Origin: Octopus bimaculoides
Lineage: Eukaryota
Assembly: GCF_001194135.2 (NCBI RefSeq)
Contig: NC_068991.1
Span: forward strand, 1,206,973 to 1,270,972
DNA length: 64,000 bases
Direction: 5' to 3'
The notes under the pieces are model-generated. The model was given only the letters and a program-made list of their open reading frames with translations. It did not search any database and was not told the DNA's origin. The translations under genes and the position numbers were made by a program. The first letter of the stretch is position 1; every line of letters starts with the position of its first letter. Of the stretch, positions 51,096 to 63,055 are shown in pieces.

Positions 51096-52003
51096 GCATA
51101 TAATATACATACAAATGTATGTATAAATATATATAGGACGTATATTTTTCATACATGCATATATATATACACCAATACATACACACACTCTCATACACAC
51201 ACACACACGCACACACGTACATACATAAATCCCGGCATAAAACAACAACAACAACAACAGCAGCAGCGGTGACAATAATACTAAGAACAGCAATGATCTG
51301 AAGAAATATAAATTAACAATAATAATATTTTTAATGGAGTTCATGATGGTGGAGGCGGTGATGGTGGTGGCGAAGGCGGCGGTGGGGGGGGGCAGTGCCT
51401 AATGGCTCATTGTTAAAATAATGTCTTTACTCAGCAGAAAGCGACTGTCCACTCGTCTGTAATAGCCGACTGAATAATAACGGCGATATATATATAATTT
51501 TACAAGAATATTGAGTATATAAAAATATATATATAAATAGTAAAGACGAAAAGAATAAATTGGAAAAGAAATATGGCGGTTGTAATGGTGGTTGTGTGTG
51601 AAAAGCTGTTTGATTTAAATAACAAGACAACTACACGTGTTCAAACTCCGTCTAAAGACGCATCAACACAGAGACCCTCGCACAAGCACACGCATACACA
51701 CACATGCACGTGCACGCGTAGTCATGTTTTGCATATAAATATATGTATATACATACATACATGCATATCTGTATACCTAGCTTCTTTCTAGAAGAGAAGA
51801 CCGTTCTACTCCGATGTTTCTTTGTGGTTAATTATTTTCATGATTTTTAAAATTTTTTGTTTACTTTTGAAATAGAGCCATAAAAATATCAGAAGGGCAT
51901 ACACCAAGGCGCGCGCACACACACACACACATACACATCGAGATACATGCAGAGTCACATATATATGTATGTACCCACCCATGTATACGTGTTCGCATGT
52001 CTA

Positions 52004-52857
52004 GACAAGGTTTGCAGAAAATAAAGGAAACACCTTTTATTTAACTATTATTTTTCTATTGGCAATTTTCCGGATTACAAATCTGTTTCACTCTCTCTCT
52101 GTGTTTTTCTGTGCATTATGTATCCTTGCGCTTTATCATATCGCCTCTCTGTTTTTCTATTTTGTGGCATTTGTATTTAAATAGCTTAAAATTCGTGACC
52201 TATTTGATTTCCAATGAGGACAGATTGTTGCATCGCGGATGGTTGGAGCTTCAGTCTCTAAATCTGCTGAATTGTTTACTGTCTCGAGAAGTGAAGTCTT
52301 TAAAATCATGTGGGTAATCCAAAACCAGGGTAAAAAAAAACAGTTCCGGGAAGCATAGTTTTGGACGGAAAGCAAACGTCACGGAGGAACGGCAGAAGAG
52401 TGAATGCATTTCTTCTAAAAACGATCGAATAACAGCAGCGAGAGTGACAGATGGGCTAAAGCACCATCTTGCCGATCCTGTGTGAAACTAAACCGTTCGT
52501 TGTGAGTTCCACAAAGCTAGACAACACTGGCAAACCTCTTCTGTCACTCATCAACATTAGTAAAATAGAATAAATGGTGTTTAGACTATCGGAAGAGGCC
52601 ACTGGCTCAATGGAATAATGTCATTTCTGATTAATCATCTTTCACCCTTTTCTTTCACTCCGCAACGAGATTATGTCTGGAGATATCTCAAAGAAGCCTT
52701 GAATCCTGACGGTTTGGCCCTTTTCACGAAGCATGGAGGTGACTTTGTGATGATTTGGGCAGCCATATAAACTTCTCGTGGTGCTTAAGTTGTGCTATAT
52801 AACAAAATTAACGCTAAGAATTATCTGAGTATTTTCGCTGATCACGACCATCCTATG
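52004..52857 (+). mobile_element. Decayed Tc1-family DNA transposon: left TIR remnant plus 5' two-thirds of the transposase
   Basis: From 52191: RDLFDFQ*GQIVASRMVGASVSKSAELFTVSR (HTH), KNDRITAARVT..L..HLADPV, WCLDY..W.NVI.SD*SSFTLF (first catalytic D region), VWR..KEALNP, KHGGDFVMIWAAI, HPM. TIR-like AAAATAAAGGAAACACC ends at 52034. No right TIR seen. Confidence 0.85.
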
Positions 52858-53229
52858 TGTGTTGTGGAATTTATTCCTCTTACACTTTATAATGGCATTA
52901 AATTTCACTGTGCGTCCGATGTAACAGTCGGAGTCATGAAGTTTATAACTTTCATTTTTACATCGAGGTACCGTTCAGTTATTTGTTAGTTTGGGGTTTC
53001 GCGTTGATGAGGAATCTTTAAATCTGGTTTTATTATAGTGCAACTATAAATTTGTGGTTGGGTATGATACAAGTCGTATTCTACGTTTTATATTTTATTT
53101 ATTATTTACTTCTTAAAGTATCCAATATGCGTGTAGTTGATGTATTTTTACTGGTTGTTGTTCTGTTGTGTCATTTTGGTTGATCTTGTTCTCGTTTGGT
53201 CTATGGTTTTGTCTACTTAAACTTTGGGT

Positions 53230-53426
53230 TAGTGGTTCCCAGCTTTTCTTAATATCCGGGCCTGGTCCAAAACTTGGATCTTTTTAGGGGCTCGCACCAA
53301 ACAAGTAAAACACAACTTAATTAAAGAAAAAAGTTATTATATTTATAGAGGGAAGACCGTTGGGGACCCCTGGTAAGGTACTTAAGGGTTGCATGCGGCC
53401 CTAAGAGTTGTGGCTGGGAACCACTG
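53230..53426. mobile_element. hAT (Charlie-like) MITE, 197 bp
   Basis: Perfect 13-bp inverted repeat AGTGGTTCCCAGC (53231-43) / GCTGGGAACCACT (53413-25). Flanks CTTTGGGT and CATTAGGT match at 6 of 8 positions, consistent with a decayed 8-bp TSD. Confidence 0.65.
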
Positions 53427-53574
53427 CATTAGGTACTCGTTATTAATTAATATTTGTTTTATTCAAAACTCTTCTTTATTTAAAACTACTTTAGTTGACG
53501 AAAATTTGTAAGATCGTCTTAGAAAGCTGTTCCTTCAACTCCCTCTTTTTTCTCCTTCTTGTTTTGTGCTGGAG

Positions 53575-54455
53575 TATAGGGTTAGAAGGGGTAGAAGGAA
53601 GAGTTGAAATCATTGCAGCAGGCAAAAATGGTATACAGAATGAGGAGGAGGAGGAGAAGAAAGAGAGAAGGAAGATGGAATGAGGTGATTAAAGCAGACA
53701 ATAATAATACAGTAGAGTGGGAGGAACCAGAAGTGAGAGGAGGAGGAGAAGGAGGAGAAGAAGGAGGAGAGGGAATGTGAGAGATGGAGGATGGTGGAAA
53801 ATCATTAAAGCAGACGACAGCGTTATAAAGAAGTCGGAGAGATATAGAGACGAAGAAAAGAGAAAGAAAGGGAGAGAGAGGATAAGAGGAAGAGCGTGAG
53901 GTGGAGTAAAGTTCAATGAAATAAAAAGGGTGGGAGGACGAAAAGAAAGAAAGAAAAGGAAAGGATAGAGAGGGGAAGAGGGGGAGGGGGAGCAGAAAGG
54001 GAAACATTAATGAAGGGAGAAAGTGAAAAAGAAAACGAAATTAACGAAGATAAAGAAATGGAGGAGTTGAAAAGAGAAGGGTGAAGGGAGAGGACGGAGA
54101 CAAAGATGAAGTATTGTGGGTGGAGGAAAGAGTGGGAGAAAGACGACAAAGGAAACAAAGGAGGGAAGACTAAGAAGGTAGAGGAAGAAGGGGAGGAGGA
54201 GGTGGAGGAGAAAGAGAAAGACTTCAGGGTTTTAGCAGAAGGGACATAAATGGAGGACAAGAAACAATGAAGACTCAAAACAAAGAAAGGTGGATGGTAG
54301 GAGGAGAGATAGAAAAAGAGGAAGAAGGAAGCATCACTGATGAAGAAGAGGATGAGAAGAAGGTAAGAAAGAAAACGTCGCAAGGCTAGAAGTGAGAGGC
54401 ATGAGGTGGAGTAAGAGAATGAAGCAAGTTTGGGGTTTTAGTTGAGGGTTGAATA

Positions 54456-54515
<60 letters not shown>

Positions 54516-54712
54516 ATGTAGGAGGAGGAGTGGGAAGAAGTAGGAGGAGTGGGAAGAAGAAGTAGGAGAAAGAGAAAAGAAGGAAATGTTTGGGCTGGAG
54601 GGGGAGTAGAAAAGACAAGAGAGAAGGGAGAAGAAGAGGAGTATAGTGAAAGAGAGAGAGGGGAGGGAGGGAGAGAGAGAGAAAGGAAGCTAGAGATAGA
54701 GGGGGGTAAAGC
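53575..54712 (+). repeat. About 1.1-kb purine-rich (GA/GGA/AAG) low-complexity tract
   Basis: Strong purine strand bias; includes (GA)n at about 54462-54510. Confidence 0.85.
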
Positions 54713-55148
54713 AAAGTAATAGGTGGGTCAGAAATTCACGAAAGCAGACGACCAGGTTTATAAAGGTGTTTAATGAAGGGAAAATATCATTTAATGTCTT
54801 CATTTCTTAATGTCGAAGTTGAAATATAACAACAATGGAGAACAGAAAATGTCTTTTAAGAGCTTTACCAGTTGTTTTTCTGTGACAAAATTGTTCTGAA
54901 TATTTCGAAATGAAGTAGGTTTTGCCAGAAGAGAAGAAATGTCAAAGGAATGTTTAAATGGCCAGGAGGGAGTCAGTGTGTGTGCGCGCGCGCATATATA
55001 TATATATGTATGTGTGTGAGTACGTATACTTATATATATATACTTACGTATGTATATGTATACGTATGTATGCATGTATATATGAATGTATGTATGTGTA
55101 GGTGTGTAGATGTGTGTGTGTGTATGTGTGTGTGTGTNNNNNNNNNNT

Positions 55149-55235
<87 letters not shown>

Positions 55236-55443
55236 TTGTATGTGAAGGGGGCAATGAGAGAAATTGAAAAATTCCTGTTGTAAATAAAGTTAAGATGAAG
55301 GAAGGACAGTTAAATTGGTTGGAAATATTGGTGTGCGGTGGGAGTTGGGAGTCAGGCTTGGGGTTTTGGGAAGAAGAAATAGAGAAGGAAAGGAAGAAAG
55401 CAGAAAAGAAGAAAGAGAAGAAGAAGAAGAAGAAGAAGGGATA

Positions 55444-55476
<33 letters not shown>

Positions 55477-55539
55477 GGGAGGAGGAGGATGGCGGTGATG
55501 ATGATGATGACTGAAAGGAGAATATGTGTCCCTAAACTG

Positions 55540-56530
55540 CAGAGACCCTCCGAGACTGATGCTGTCGATTTCGTTAGGATTCCTGTTCAGTTGTTTGCAT
55601 GTTGAGGTCTGCAAGAAAATCAAGGACATAGTTATCCAGGGGGTTGACGTGCAGGGGATACTCCAGAACACTACTGTAGCCATGAGAATCGGCGAGCTGG
55701 CAGAATCGGTACCGTGCAGAGAAAAATGCTTTGTAGCTCTTTGCCAGTCTTCACGTTCTGGGTTCAAATTCCGCCGAGGTCAACTTTGCCTTTCATCTTT
55801 TCAGCTTCTTCCTAGAATCTAAAACCAGTAGACGGGTCGAGGAAGTTGCTCAGGTTAAGTTGGAGAGTCTGGGAGATCAGTAAGATAATGAGGAACACCA
55901 AAGTTGCGATCCCAGAGCCTGCTTCCTTGGCAGATAACTGGTCGGCTGTGAGACCCGGAGACAAGAACAATATCTGAATACCTTCCACCTTCGCAGCCTG
56001 TGCATCAGCTGAGCCGATTGGGTTGTCAAGGATAAAGAAATATCTCAGATATTAAATGAACTGACCTGGTCACCAACAAGGAGGCTCTGGACTGCGCTTC
56101 GATCGCCAGCATCTTCATTGTACTACAACTGCGACATCTCCGTTGACTGAGTAACGTACATTGTATGTTAGATGAACGGATTCAGAAAGACATGCTGCAG
56201 AAGGAGGTGGCTTCCGGACAAAGAGCACAACAGTGGAGGTCTAAATCTGTTTTGGACCACACATGAAGTGAGAGAACCGTGGAAGGAGGGAGGACATTGC
56301 AAGTGATCGCTTCCATTGGAGCCTGTAAGTAGGGAAAACTTTAGGAAGAGGTGAAGGATTTAAGGCTTGCTGTCAAAGGAAAGGATACTCGACAAAAAAA
56401 AAAACAGCACCAGAATGACACAGACATGCCAACCGGGACTGTCACTCCTGTATGGACCTCGAAGGGTTCAGTAGATGCTGTTCCATGAATCAAATGAAAC
56501 CAAGATTTCCCACGATCTCACAAGACGAAC
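55540..56530 (+). mobile_element. Decayed RTE-clade LINE 3' portion, interrupted by a SINE
   Basis: Peptides RLSWRVWEISKIMRNTKV, QEQYLNTFHLRSL, VTNKEAL..ASIASIF..LQLRHLR*LSNVHCM.DERIQKDML..EVASG, EDIASDRFHW and NRDCHS...SRCCS (terminal CCHC-like) follow RTE ORF order. The 5' boundary (55540-55690) is weak. Confidence 0.8.
55691..55804 (+). mobile_element. SINE family A 5' part, inserted in the RTE remnant
   Basis: GGCGAGCTGGCAGAATCG...GGGTTCAAATTCCGCCGAGGTCAACTTTGCCTTTCATC. Confidence 0.8.
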
Positions 56531-57358
56531 TTTATCCACAAACACAACCATATTGTTGTTGCTGAAGATGTTGTTGTTGTTATTACTATTTTTTTTTGTT
56601 GCTGGTGCTTTTGTTGTTGTTGTTGTTGTTGTTGTTGCTATTCTTGTTATTCTCGCTGCTGTTGCTTCCGATGTTCCTTCGGTTGGTCTTCAGAGTCTCG
56701 CCAACATCGGTGAGTTCCAGGTGCAAAAGGCGTCTGGCAGATCTATGACCAGAGGCCTTTCATCAGTGACCATCCAACTTTATTTAAGACGGCAGAGCAT
56801 AATTTAAGGGAGACCAACTCCTCTTTGACAGCGAAGATCGAGAAACCGGGTTGAGGTTTCCGCGTTTCGATCGATGTAAATACAATGGCGACAGTGACAG
56901 TAAAAGCAGCAGCAGTAGCAGCAGTAGTAGCAGTAGTAGTAGTTGTTGTTGTTGTTGCTGACAGCAATCAGTCAAAGTTGCTGTTTAATTACAACCACCA
57001 GAAACAATGAGAAAAATGTGTGGAGTCGACACACAGACAGACCGGACAGAGAGGCAGTATCACCAAGGTGTGTCTCCCCAACGGCACCGTGCTACCTTCT
57101 TAGCTCTCCTGACACCAGACAGACATAGCCGAAGGGACGCAGTACCACAGCACAGCGTGGAAAGGTGTAGGGGCAGAGGGGGGGGGGCAAGGGAAGGGCC
57201 GATATGGAGCAGTCTGTGTGCACCGACATGCATATACACGTGCAGCGAACCGTGAATGTCGCCACTCGAGCGTGATTTACGTATCACACAAACACATACA
57301 TGCATATTCCTGTGCGTGCGCGTATATGTGTGTGTGTCTGTGAATGTGTGCGCGTGTG

Positions 57359-57400
<42 letters not shown>

Positions 57401-57748
57401 CACACACACACATATGTGTGTAGGGAAAAGGATACAGGCAGATAGATAGATTTAACCCCTACACTAAACGCATTGTTTTCCAGTAGCAAATTAGTGACGT
57501 CAGCAGTGAGGGAAATATTAATTGGTAATTAGTGACTTAGAGAATATGGGTTGGGCGGTGTTGAAACAGAGAGAAAGAGGGAGATTTATGGTGGTGGTGG
57601 TGGTGGTGATTGTGTAGAGGGCGGGGCCGATGGTTGTGGTGGTAATTCGTCGGTAACTTAGGCGAAAGAAATGTTATTAAAATTTGATGTAAAGAAAGAA
57701 AGCATAATAAATAAATAAATAAACATAACCGGATAAAACAACTACTGC

Positions 57749-57795
<47 letters not shown>

Positions 57796-57977
57796 GAAGA
57801 ATAAGAATAACAACAACAACAGCAATAATAGCGAGAATCCTAAAACAAATTAGGCATAGAGAAAAATTAAACGAAATAAAATCTAAAAAGAAATATAAAA
57901 TAATAAATATACAAATATATGAATATAAATATAGCTTATCCCGCCCCACCCCCTTCCTTGGTCACCACCCAAACACT

Positions 57978-58008
<31 letters not shown>

Positions 58009-58639
58009 CCATTTTGTCTCTCGCTCGTCCTCAACTCTAACCACCACCACTCGAACACGCCATTACCCTACCATCTTCCACCGGTAAAGTAGGACCAGAG
58101 GCAATTTCAGGCAAACTAACGAAGAATCGACGACACAACAATCCGAAATCCTGGTTTTCTTAATAAACCAACGACGAATGGATTTGTTTTTTTTTTTTCC
58201 TTGTTTTTGCGAGTTCCCCCGTCTTTATTTATTTGTTTATTTCACTGAGACGCCATTTTCGTTAACAGAAATAAAAGAAATAAGAAATAAGAAATAAGAA
58301 GGGGTGGGGGTGGGGGGAGAAACAAACAAACAAACAAGCAAACAAGCAAACAAGCAAATAACTGGTCCGCCTGTTGTTTACAATGGCAGCAGTTTTCCAT
58401 TCTTTAAATCCACAACATCGCTTCGTTATTTTGGCCGAGGGACAATAAAACCAAATTTACGCGCTTCTATTGGAGGACACAACCAAATACTTGACTCTTA
58501 ATCTTAAATTTTCATTCATCCATTTCTTTCTTCCTCCCTTTCTTTCACTCTCTCCTTCTTTCTTTCTTTCTTTCTTTCTTTCTTTTTGTTTTCCAAAATA
58601 AGATTCATTTCATGAGTTAAATGTGAACCTTATTACTAT

Positions 58640-58839
58640 TGTTGTTGTTGTTGTTGTTTAGCCTGAGAGCGACGACCCTGACGAAGAAAACCTAAATAAT
58701 CAAAGACATTCTAATCATGACCATCCCGTCGAGCTCTTTTGTGCGAGAAACCCTCGGCCACCTTATCTAACTTGTCCCTTCTAACACGGTAGGCTGAGAT
58801 GGGAGAAGAGGGAAATTTCACTGTTATTTCCAGCAAGTC
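58640..58839 (-). mobile_element. Family C copy
   Basis: (GTT)n-TTTAGCC...ATCAAAGACATTCTAATCATGACCATCCCGTC...TTATCTAAC...GAGGGAAATTTCACTGTTATTTCCAGCA. Confidence 0.65.
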
Positions 58840-59318
58840 ATCACAGAAACTTGTCCTTCATTCAAAATTGTGAATGTTCTTGGTGTTGTAATTCTTGTTA
58901 TTGTTTTCTAGGGTATATATGAAGCACATGTTGTTGTCGTTGTTGTTAATGTGTGGTGGTGGTGGTGGTAACAATGTGTGTCTCTGTTGTATCGTCTGGC
59001 GTGTTCGAGTCCTGGGGTGGATGTGATCGACTTATCTCCTACATCCCCACAACTGCTAGCCTTGTGCCATATTTCGAAACCAATGTTTAAATTCACAGAT
59101 AAATGTGTTTCTGTATTTCGTCGTTCAAAAATATATATATAAAAACAACAACAACAAAAACAAAAACAAATCCTGTTTCTGCAACAGCAAATGTACAATA
59201 TCGATTTAGTGATTCTTTCATTTCTACTTCTCCCATGTTTCAAATGACGAGGTCGTAATTATACAGGAACATGCCGAGTATAGTCTCCTTTTACTTGTTT
59301 AAATCGGTAAATAATATT

Positions 59319-59470
59319 CCTTTCTACAAAGGCACAAGGCCAGCAATTTCGGCGAAGGGAATAAGCCGATCACATCGACCCTAATGTTCAACTGGTATTC
59401 GTTTTATCGACCCTGAAAGAATAAAAGGCAAAGTATCAACCACTGCGGGATTTGAACTTAGTGTGTAAAG
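59319..59470 (-). mobile_element. SINE family A, 3' part (runs into a gap)
   Basis: GGCACAAGGCCAGCAATTT...ACTGGTATTCGTTTTATCGACCCTGAAAG...GGATTTGAACT. Confidence 0.7.
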
Positions 59471-60444
59471 NNNNNNNNNNNNNNNNNNNNNNNNNNNNNN
59501 NNNNNNNNNNNNNNNNNNNNNNNNNNNNNNNNNNNNNNNNNNNNNNNNNNNNNNNNNNNNNNNNNNNNNNNNNNNNNNNNNNNNNNNNNNNNNNNNNNNN
59601 NNNNNNNNNNNNNNNNNNNNNNNNNNNNNNNNNNNNNNNNNNNNNNNNNNNNNNNNNNNNNNNNNNNNNNNNNNNNNNNNNNNNNNNNNNNNNNNNNNNN
59701 NNNNNNNNNNNNNNNNNNNNNNNNNNNNNNNNNNNNNNNNNNNNNNNNNNNNNNNNNNNNNNNNNNNNNNNNNNNNNNNNNNNNNNNNNNNNNNNNNNNN
59801 NNNNNNNNNNNNNNNNNNNNNNNNNNNNNNNNNNNNNNNNNNNNNNNNNNNNNNNNNNNNNNNNNNNNNNNNNNNNNNNNNNNNNNNNNNNNNNNNNNNN
59901 NNNNNNNNNNNNNNNNNNNNNNNNNNNNNNNNNNNNNNNNNNNNNNNNNNNNNNNNNNNNNNNNNNNNNNNNNNNNNNNNNNNNNNNNNNNNNNNNNNNN
60001 NNNNNNNNNNNNNNNNNNNNNNNNNNNNNNNNNNNNNNNNNNNNNNNNNNNNNNNNNNNNNNNNNNNNNNNNNNNNNNNNNNNNNNNNNNNNNNNNNNNN
60101 NNNNNNNNNNNNNNNNNNNNNNNNNNNNNNNNNNNNNNNNNNNNNNNNNNNNNNNNNNNNNNNNNNNNNNNNNNNNNNNNNNNNNNNNNNNNNNNNNNNN
60201 NNNNNNNNNNNNNNNNNNNNNNNNNNNNNNNNNAGGTGGTGTTGGTGGTGGTGGTGGTAGTGGAGGTGGTGGTGGAGGTGGTGGTGGTGGTGGTGGTGAT
60301 GGTTGTGGTGGTGGTTGTGGTAGTTGTGATGGCTGTAGTTGTAGAAGGTGTGGACGACAGCTGTTGTCTTTTAAGTTGAGAGTCAATTTAAAAACACTAC
60401 AACACCAGCAACAATATGAACTGCTGCAGCTGTTGCTGCTGCCA

Positions 60445-60473
60445 CTACTACTACTACTACTACTACTACTTAT

Positions 60474-60530
<57 letters not shown>
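60445..60530. repeat. (TAC)n microsatellite
   Basis: Direct reading. Confidence 0.95.
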
Positions 60531-60533
<3 letters not shown>

Positions 60534-61559
60534 GTTGCGAAACTAATCGAAAATCTCATTGTCCCTCTAGCACTACCACTTCAACCACCACAAACCATTA
60601 CATCACCATCACTATCACAAGCATTACCGCCATCACTCCTACCTCTACAACCATAGCCGCTACCATTTCATCCACCACCACCACCACCACCACCACCACC
60701 ATCACCACCACCACCATCACCACCGACTACCTTTAGGCCAACAATTATATATATTGGCAAATATGCATTATGTTCTATCATCACCATAGATATTTAGTAC
60801 CATAATTACTATCATCATCATCATCATCATCATCATCATCTTCATCATCATCATCATCAGCAGCAGCAGCAGCGGAACCAGCTCCAACAAATAAACCGAA
60901 CAATGAGTCTCTAAGATGGCTACTTGGAAACAAGACTTCGCCATACCTTGAAGTGCCAATAACATTAGATGATGTCTATAACGGCAACACAACACGATAA
61001 TATATAAACTGCTCTTTTTAATAAGGCACATATTTGGTGTATCTACGATAACATATAAAATGATATAATGACATATTATCAATACACATATTTTGTATGT
61101 TTGCACAACACACACGCCTGCGCATGCGCACACTCCCTCCCATACATAGATGAAGAATTAAGATAAACACCAGTTTATATGATCTGTTCCATACGTCCGT
61201 TTCATCGTGGTGGTTCTTTAGAACTTCTACTGTACAACAATAGATCAGCACTGAATCATTGTATTGCATTATATTACAAAGATCAAATGTCAATTGAGAC
61301 ATGAAAGAAGGTGCCAAACAACCATAATGGTGAAATATATTTAGGAAACCACAATTTAGCGATCTTGAGTGCAACACTCTATTCACTCGGCCATGCGCCT
61401 TCCCCATGTGTGTGTGCCCAAACGGCTGAATATTTCGCAGACACGTGCTGCCTTCACATAATTCTCAAGAAGAATCAACGTAAACTTATGTAACGAGGCT
61501 GGACTCCGGCTGCAAAACTCGATCCTACAGTTTTCATTTCCTTGAATATACTCACAAAG

Positions 61560-61665
61560 TTTAAGCGGACCAGGGCTTGTGGCAAAAGAAATTTGTCCAA
61601 GATGCCTTTCAGCGGGATCGAACCTGGGTCCTCATCATTGAGAAGCGAACTCAACCATATGTGTT
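61560..61665 (-). mobile_element. SINE family B-like head, degraded
   Basis: Minus strand reads CCAGGTTCGATCCCGCTGAAAGGCATCTTGGACAAA (B-box followed by a CCTTGGGCAAG-like box). Confidence 0.55.
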
Positions 61666-61856
61666 CATCATTACAAGCAGAAAAATAATATACAAATATA
61701 AACACGCACTAGCGCGTGCAATGTTTATGCGTGCATATCTACATGTGTGTATGATAACGTGATATTTGTGTACATATATACATGTGTGTGTGTATGTATG
61801 CGAATGTTTGTATGTGTGTGTGTATACATGTGTGTGTGCGCATATGTGTGTGTGTG

Positions 61857-61894
<38 letters not shown>

Positions 61895-62524
61895 GTGTTA
61901 ATTTCTAACGCCGCTTGCTCAGTTGTTTGTTCTTCCCTCGTCTTGGACCGGATAAAACACTTCCCAACCGGAAGATCTTTCACTCTATTCCGCAACAGAT
62001 TTTTCATCGTTGTACTTGAAATAAACAAAAACGTGAGCAAAATCAGCGACACTGTGTCGCCTCAGTATATACGTACATCATGGCTCCGTGTGACACAGTG
62101 TTTAGTTAATATCGCAGGCTGACTTTTTTCTAGATAGGCGCTATCGGACGCATTAAAAAGGAAAATTTGTCAAACCGGAAGTGAGTCTCAAGTGGTCAAC
62201 AAACAACTCCATTAAACTAAAACAAAAAAATGCGTTTGTTTACAGACGATTATGGAAACTTAAACCTTTTATTTCTCTCTCTAGAAACTTTATTCGTGTC
62301 AAATCGTGTTTTTTCTGATTTGTCCGGAAACAAACATCTTAATTTGTCTATCGGTTGTATTTCTCCAAAAATGTATTCCAATGTATCACATTTTGGGTAA
62401 ATTTCATGGTGTGATTCCTGTGTTCAAATCTTGACACTATCAGGTGAGCTTTGATACCGAGTTGATAGTAAAACCAAGAAGGTTATCAACGTTTATTGAA
62501 TGGAGGTTGTGTCTAGGAATCAAT

Positions 62525-62700
62525 AAAAAATGTATTTAAATTTGGCAGACGACCACATTTTAAGGGCGGGAATAATTTATTATAGCGGCTTCAGTACTTG
62601 ACTGGTACTTTATTTTATCGAAACCCTAAAGATGAAAAGTACATTGTGCCCTGCTGAACTCTAAGCATTGAATATCAACAGACGGAACTAATTGTAGCGA
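62525..62700 (-). mobile_element. SINE family A, degraded
   Basis: CAGTACTTGACTGGTACTTTATTTTATCGA...GATGAAAAG. Confidence 0.5.
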
Positions 62701-62924
62701 AGCAGTTTGCTCCAAGTGAATTAAACGTAACAGTGAAGGCGATTTTATATGACTGCTCTATCTACTAGAAATAGCAGCCATAACCTCGTCGAGATTCTGA
62801 TGAAAGCCTTCCGAAGTCAATATATGCGCGCGCACGCGCACGTGCACACACGCACGCACACGCACACGCACGCACGCACATACAAACATACATACATGCA
62901 TACCAATACACGCTTTCACTCACC

Positions 62925-63055
62925 AAGAAGGCCTCTGCTTGCCAAATCCTATTCGCAAGGAATTAGGTTATGAGAGAGAAAACACTTGTGCCAGGTACCT
63001 CGTGCTGAGATCAAACCCGGGACGACATGGTTACCTGGTTGCGTTGCTAACCTGT
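62925..63055 (-). mobile_element. SINE family B-like 5' half, degraded
   Basis: Minus strand reads AACCATGTCGTCCCGGGTTTGATC...CCTGGCACAAGTGTTTTCT...GGATTTGGCAAG. Confidence 0.45.

Noticed and set aside
56725-56770. Minus-strand CTGATGA followed by an AAAGGC/GCCTTT stem
   Set aside because: There is no GAAA after the stem.
60870-61000. Peptide ...EVPITLDDVYNGNTTR resembling the DnaJ C-terminal 'VTLEDLYNG' motif
   Set aside because: A stop follows immediately, there are no splice signals and the upstream frame is microsatellite; likely chance.
61119-61130. Perfect NRF1/Ewg palindrome TGCGCATGCGCA
   Set aside because: It is embedded in CA/CG alternating low complexity where such motifs arise by chance.
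61590-61665. tRNA gene
   Set aside because: Only a B-box/T-arm is present and it continues into SINE body sequence; no cloverleaf. The same applies to the other tRNA-like heads.
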